Of a DNA stretch of 64,000 nt, positions 59,153 to 64,000 are shown one piece after another (the first letter of the stretch is position 1; every line of letters begins with the position of its first letter). The position numbers and the translations under genes are program-made. Location of the stretch: positions 54,851-118,850 of the IMG/VR virus record IMGVR_UViG_3300028048_000085; one strand, 5' to 3'. A model generated the notes under the pieces. The model saw only the letters and a program-made list of their open reading frames with translations. It did not search any database and was not told the origin of the DNA. Source of the stretch: a virus. Its lineage: Duplodnaviria; Caudoviricetes.

Positions 59153-62100
59153 ATGGCTCAGAAAATAAAAATTCCTGGAGCAGTAAAAGCTACTGCAAAG
59201 GCATTTGGTTATGCTGTTGGTGATACATTAGCCGACTATAATCCAGTCATAACTAACATTATTCGAGAGACAAGATCTGCAAAGAGCAGAGCATTGAGTG
59301 ATATAAAATCAAACTCTAAAATCTCTCCTATTTTGAGTATGATATCTACCGGAAAAGATCAAAATCTTAGCGGTAACTATAATACTACTTATGACGAAGA
59401 AGCACAATCCAATATGTCATATGAGGACTGGGGCGATGACGATGCAAGTGAAGCTTCTGCTACACAGAAGATGATCGCTGAAGCAGCTAGTTCCAGAATC
59501 AGTGCTAGCCAGGTTGATCGTGTTGGATCTTCTATTTCTAAGAGCGTTGGTAGTAGTATTTCTAAATCTGCTAATTATATCGTTAGACAGAATGCGAAAG
59601 CTACACAGGCATTATACTCTTTGAATCAAGCTGGATTCAATAACGTTAATACCTTACTGCTCAACTTGAATAATACTGTTGAAGGTATTGCTAGATTGGG
59701 CGAACCAATCACACAGCATATACAGAATTCTTCAGTATTCTTTACCAATACTTCAAAGTCATTACAGAACATCGAAGCAACATTAGCTCAGATTGAAAAG
59801 AATACTCATAGTTATGCACCTACTGGTAGATATTCTGGACGAGGAAACAAGTTCGGTAATATCAGCGGTGGTGCAGAATACTACGATATGGTTAAAGCAA
59901 ACTGGCAAGAGTTTGGACATTTATTCTCTGAAGTTATATCTGGAGCTAAAGAAGCTAGTGGTATGAGAAGATCTGGTATTAGTAGTACTAGAACTACACC
60001 TAGAGGAATCGGTAGAGAACTTGGTACATGGTTAATGAAGGGACTGTTACCAAGTACACTTAAAGATGCATTTTCAGAATTGAATACAGCATTAATTGAT
60101 TCACTGCAAGTTGGTATGGCATCCTTTGCAAGAGGAGCCAAAAAACGTGGTGGTATTGCTGAATTATTGAGTAAACTCTTTTTACCACAAGATGGATTTA
60201 AGACTAAGATCAATACTTCAAATTATGAGAAAGGTCCAGTTCAATGGGATGGTATCGCTAGACAGTCATTGATAGAAGTAATTCCTACAATGCTGTTTAA
60301 GATCTACGGACAGATGACTGGTCTTACTGGTAATGATGAAATAAGATATGATTATAAGAATGGTAGATTCATTAATCTGGGCAAAGTCAAACGTCGTAAA
60401 GATTACGATATGATGAGGATGGGTGAAGCTGCCGGTGGTAGAATTCGTAAAGAAGCATTATATAATGCATCTATGAGCCAGAATAAAGACAAAGATCGTA
60501 TCGAAAATGAAGTTGATATGTTCTTCCATAATGCTGCTGTTCAGGGATGGATTCTTGATAATATTGAAGTTGAATTAAAGAATTCAAATTATCGTAGAGC
60601 TCATGGTATTAGTGCAGAAGCTGCTAATATTATATTGAAAACCCTAAAACAATCTGGAAGGGGATCTGCAAATGCTCTAAGGGTTGCTGCAATGCGTGAG
60701 AGAACTGCGCAGGGTAACCGTATGCAGGCTCATGAGGCAAACGGTGGAATATATCGTACACTAGATAACGGTTCAGACTTTACTGGTGCCAAGTATCAAG
60801 AGCAAGCTAATATGTATCTTAAGGGTATCTATTACAATACTCTTATTCTTGCTTCTAATATGAGCTTTATTGGTGGAAAGACTAATAATGTAAATAAGAT
60901 CGATCTTAATTCCATTAAGGATGAGATTCAGAAGATCGATATTAAGCAGCAAGAAAAAGATGCTAATATGTCTGCTGGTAATATGAATGATTCATCATAT
61001 CGTAATTCTCTTAGAAAAGAGTTTGAATATGATGATATGTCTGATGAAGAAATAGAGTTAGCAGAATTAGAGAAACAATTAACTTCTGGAAATCTTGGTA
61101 GAGTTCAGGCTGCTCAAGTTAAAGAGCAAATTAAACAGAAGAAGGTTAAACTTGAAAAGTCTGCTATTGGTAGAGGCGTTGGTAAAACTGTTGGAAAAAT
61201 GCAAGAACTTGCAAAAAATCCATTATCTGCACTCACTGGTCTTATCAATAAGATGACAGATGGAATTACTAGTATCTTCTGGGGTGGTCAAGGTAGAGGT
61301 GGAATTCTTGATACTGTGTTAGATGGTATCCATGATTTCTTTGATCCAGATGGAGAAAAGCAAGGAACATTCTTCTCAACAATTCGTAATCAGCTTGATG
61401 CTGGTATGAGTAATATTGCTACAAAGCTTGGTGATCATATCGGTCGCATGTTCTTTGGAGAGAATAACTGGCAGAGACGTAAAGAAGCAAAAGCTGCTAA
61501 GCGGCAAGCTAATGAAGCTGCTGCCAGAGCTCAAGAGTTTGGAACTAGTGAAAGTTTCATTAACTCAATATTCCAGGGTAATGCTGCAAATGGTCGAAAG
61601 ATTACACGTACTGGTATTGCTGCAGTTTCTGAAGGAGAGTTAATCATCCCTGCAGAATATAATCCATTCTATCATGGTAGAGTGAATAAAAGAGATCAGT
61701 ATCGTAAAGAGAATCGAGCTATCTCTAAATTCTTTGGAGCTTTTGCAGATGGTGGTGAAGTTGGAAAAGATCGTGGATCTAGTCCAATTAAAGGTGTTTC
61801 TAATATTGTAAAAGGTTTAAAGAAAAAGATTAGTCGCAATATCCAGAACTACACATACACAATTGGTTTAGATGCTAATGGTGAAGAAGTATACGTTAGA
61901 ACCAACAAGAAGACAGGAAAAGAGCAAGAGATTACTTTTGCTGAATATGCTGTTGGTGTTGGTAATGATGTTGCAGAAAAGGCTAGACAGAATCTTTATA
62001 ATCTTGATCTTAAGGGTAAAGCACAAGCTGCCAAGGATGCTGTAAATAACTTCAAAGAAAATCGATTCAAAGGTGGAATCGGTCAGGGTGTTGTTGGTAA

Positions 62101-64000
62101 TATTGGTGCTGCTGCTAGTACACTGTCTAGTGGTGTTGTAAACTTTATTAATGCTTGTCTTGGAACTTCTAAGGAAGATCAGGAAAAAGATCGTAAAGTT
62201 GTAATGGACAAGATCCAGACAGTATTCTCTGAAGCTAAAGATAATACTGGAAATATGCTTGTTGGTGCAATTGCTGGTGGTGGAGTATCTCTGTTAACTG
62301 GTGCATTAGTTGGTCCTTTAGCTGGTGCTGCTGTAGGTGCTGGTATTGGATTAATTAAGAACTCCGAATCTGTTCGAAAAGCATTATTTGGAGAACCAGA
62401 TGAAAAGGGTAACTACGAGAAACCAATAGCACAATTCTTAACTCATCAGTTAGAAGATGTTGCTGCTGGTGCTTCTCTTGGTGGTGTATTAGGAACAGTA
62501 TTCATGGGATCTCCTGTAATGGGTGCATTACTTGGATCAGCTGCTGGATATATTCGTTCTTCAGAAACTGCTAAAGAATTCTTATTTGGTAATGCTGAGA
62601 AGGGTAAAGATGGTGCAATTCCTAAGGAACTCCAAGAAAAGATTAAGAAGATAGCACCTAATATTGGCGCTGGTATGATGGGCATGGCAATCGCTGGTCC
62701 ATTTGGTATGCTTCCAAATCTTATGTTTGGTGCCGGCTTAGGATTCTTATCAACATCTAGCAACTTCCAGAAATTCTTATTTGGTGATGGTAAGGAAGAC
62801 AAGGGACTCGCTGGACAGATCCATGAGAAGATTATTAAGAATATTGATAGTATCTTCCGTAACCTTGGAAACAATGTTAAGGGTCATCTTACTACATTAG
62901 CTGGTAAGATTGGTGGAATGCTTAAGAATTTATTAGTTGGTAAAGCTAAAGCTGCTAGAGGCAGCAAAGGAATTGTTGGTAAGATTGTTCGTGGATCAGA
63001 AAAGCTTATCAAAGCCCCAGTAACTGTTGCTGGTGCTGTTCTTGGTAAAGCTAATAAAAAGATTCAGAGACGTAATCTCAAAAAAGGTTATGGCGTATAT
63101 GATAAGAACTATACTGATGGTGAAGCTCGTAATTTATTTGCTGATGAGCGTTTAAACAAAAGAGCTAATGAGCACATCATTGGTGGTAGACAATATGCTA
63201 ACTTTGATAGACTCTTAGCTAGCGCTGAAACTACTGAAGATCTCGATATGCTTCAAGAAGCTCTTGGTATGCTTAAGGGTGGAGAAGCTGCTAATAAATT
63301 TGCCAATAAGAAAGCTACAAATTCTCTGTATAGAAGTATGACTGAGAATGGTGAGCCTATAGTAGATCCTAAGACTCAGGAAAAGCTTGGAAAACTTCTG
63401 AATCAAGGTAACTTTGAAGAAGCTGATAAGTTAATGAAGCAGATTGGTGGATCTCTTGGAGATAAATCTGCAGCTAAGAGAATTGGTCAGGAGTATTCAA
63501 AGACTAGAGCAGCTATCGCAAAGAATAATAAAGCAACATTCGATGAAAAGGCATCACATGATCTGTTTAAGCAGGCATATGGTATCGATGTAACAGATGC
63601 TAATATTGGTTTACTCAAAGACCAGATTGCTAATGAGCGAAAGAATTCTAAATTCTTAGAAGATCCAGCTGAGCAGGAGAAGAATTACAAGACAAATATT
63701 CAGGGAATGATGGAAAACATCATGCTGAATCTTTATAATCTTGGTAATCATACTGATCCTATAAAGCCATATAAGATGAAGGGTGAAGTAAAATCTCAAA
63801 TTAAGGGATTATCTACTCTTATCAAAGATGGCAAAAGAAGAGCTAATGGTATTGGGCGTGCTGTAGATGGATCTGAGATTGATCAATACTTTGAAGATGA
63901 AGAGTCTGGACAAGGCGCAGATGAAGGTTCAGGTATCGGCAGAATGGTCGGACTGATTCTTGCTGCTCAAGGACTTAAAGGTAAGATAAGTAATGCTGGT
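59153..64000 (+). CDS. Very large virion protein (tape-measure-like), 3'-truncated; absent from ORF track
   Basis: ATG after GAAAGGAGG and a late promoter; MAQKIKIPGAVKATAKAFG...; frame appears open to the window end (spot-checked); Gly/Ala-rich hydrophobic segments at ~62250-62760. Confidence 0.75.
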   Translation, partial: MAQKIKIPGAVKATAKAFGYAVGDTLADYNPVITNIIRETRSAKSRALSDIKSNSKISPILSMISTGKDQNLSGNYNTTYDEEAQSNMSYEDWGDDDASEASATQKMIAEAASSRISASQVDRVGSSISKSVGSSISKSANYIVRQNAKATQALYSLNQAGFNNVNTLLLNLNNTVEGIARLGEPITQHIQNSSVFFTNTSKSLQNIEATLAQIEKNTHSYAPTGRYSGRGNKFGNISGGAEYYDMVKANWQEFGHLFSEVISGAKEASGMRRSGISSTRTTPRGIGRELGTWLMKGLLPSTLKDAFSELNTALIDSLQVGMASFARGAKKRGGIAELLSKLFLPQDGFKTKINTSNYEKGPVQWDGIARQSLIEVIPTMLFKIYGQMTGLTGNDEIRYDYKNGRFINLGKVKRRKDYDMMRMGEAAGGRIRKEALYNASMSQNKDKDRIENEVDMFFHNAAVQGWILDNIEVELKNSNYRRAHGISAEAANIILKTLKQSGRGSANALRVAAMRERTAQGNRMQAHEANGGIYRTLDNGSDFTGAKYQEQANMYLKGIYYNTLILASNMSFIGGKTNNVNKIDLNSIKDEIQKIDIKQQEKDANMSAGNMNDSSYRNSLRKEFEYDDMSDEEIELAELEKQLTSGNLGRVQAAQVKEQIKQKKVKLEKSAIGRGVGKTVGKMQELAKNPLSALTGLINKMTDGITSIFWGGQGRGGILDTVLDGIHDFFDPDGEKQGTFFSTIRNQLDAGMSNIATKLGDHIGRMFFGENNWQRRKEAKAAKRQANEAAARAQEFGTSESFINSIFQGNAANGRKITRTGIAAVSEGELIIPAEYNPFYHGRVNKRDQYRKENRAISKFFGAFADGGEVGKDRGSSPIKGVSNIVKGLKKKISRNIQNYTYTIGLDANGEEVYVRTNKKTGKEQEITFAEYAVGVGNDVAEKARQNLYNLDLKGKAQAAKDAVNNFKENRFKGGIGQGVVGNIGAAASTLSSGVVNFINACLGTSKEDQEKDRKVVMDKIQTVFSEAKDNTGNMLVGAIAGGGVSLLTGALVGPLAGAAVGAGIGLIKNSESVRKALFGEPDEKGNYEKPIAQFLTHQLEDVAAGASLGGVLGTVFMGSPVMGALLGSAAGYIRSSETAKEFLFGNAEKGKDGAIPKELQEKIKKIAPNIGAGMMGMAIAGPFGMLPNLMFGAGLGFLSTSSNFQKFLFGDGKEDKGLAGQIHEKIIKNIDSIFRNLGNNVKGHLTTLAGKIGGMLKNLLVGKAKAARGSKGIVGKIVRGSEKLIKAPVTVAGAVLGKANKKIQRRNLKKGYGVYDKNYTDGEARNLFADERLNKRANEHIIGGRQYANFDRLLASAETTEDLDMLQEALGMLKGGEAANKFANKKATNSLYRSMTENGEPIVDPKTQEKLGKLLNQGNFEEADKLMKQIGGSLGDKSAAKRIGQEYSKTRAAIAKNNKATFDEKASHDLFKQAYGIDVTDANIGLLKDQIANERKNSKFLEDPAEQEKNYKTNIQGMMENIMLNLYNLGNHTDPIKPYKMKGEVKSQIKGLSTLIKDGKRRANGIGRAVDGSEIDQYFEDEESGQGADEGSGIGRMVGLILAAQGLKGKISNAG

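Noticed and set aside
1-64000. Stop-codon reassignment, tRNA or rRNA genes
   Set aside because: Long genes are intact in the standard code and end in TAA, TAG or TGA; no cloverleaf or rRNA signature was recognised by eye.

Overview
AT-rich segment of a jumbo-phage genome of the AR9/PBS1/phiKZ type; the Firmicute-style Shine-Dalgarno sites and cell-wall enzymes suggest a Firmicute host (inference). It carries three split multisubunit RNA-polymerase gene pieces: a GADFDGD beta' exon after a group I intron with an HNH endonuclease, a beta' C-terminal subunit and a large beta subunit. Also present are ThyX, RNase H, a kinase-like protein, virion/baseplate genes, a GH25-like tail protein and a >1600-aa tape-measure-like ORF running off the end. 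Two phage promoter classes recur (ATATACTATA-N4-TG, likely early; AACW-N6-TAAT, likely late). Best candidate for a new system: a nuclease-less IS110/Nop-fold (TasA-like) protein at 45473-46666 plus three dispersed mini-arrays (35016-35165, 39757-39890, 49310-49434) with ~36-nt period, two alternating AT-rich repeats and ~9-nt spacers. The arrays have TIGR-like geometry but different repeat sequences, and each sits between an early operon's last stop codon and its terminator. Other highlights: a ~620-nt structured late ncRNA with a CCUCC anti-SD loop, an orphan DGR-type variable region, a rearranged kinase-derived mini-gene with only synonymous differences, and a shared N-terminal putative capsid-targeting peptide on enzyme cargo proteins. 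All calls are by eye from motifs; no database searches were run.
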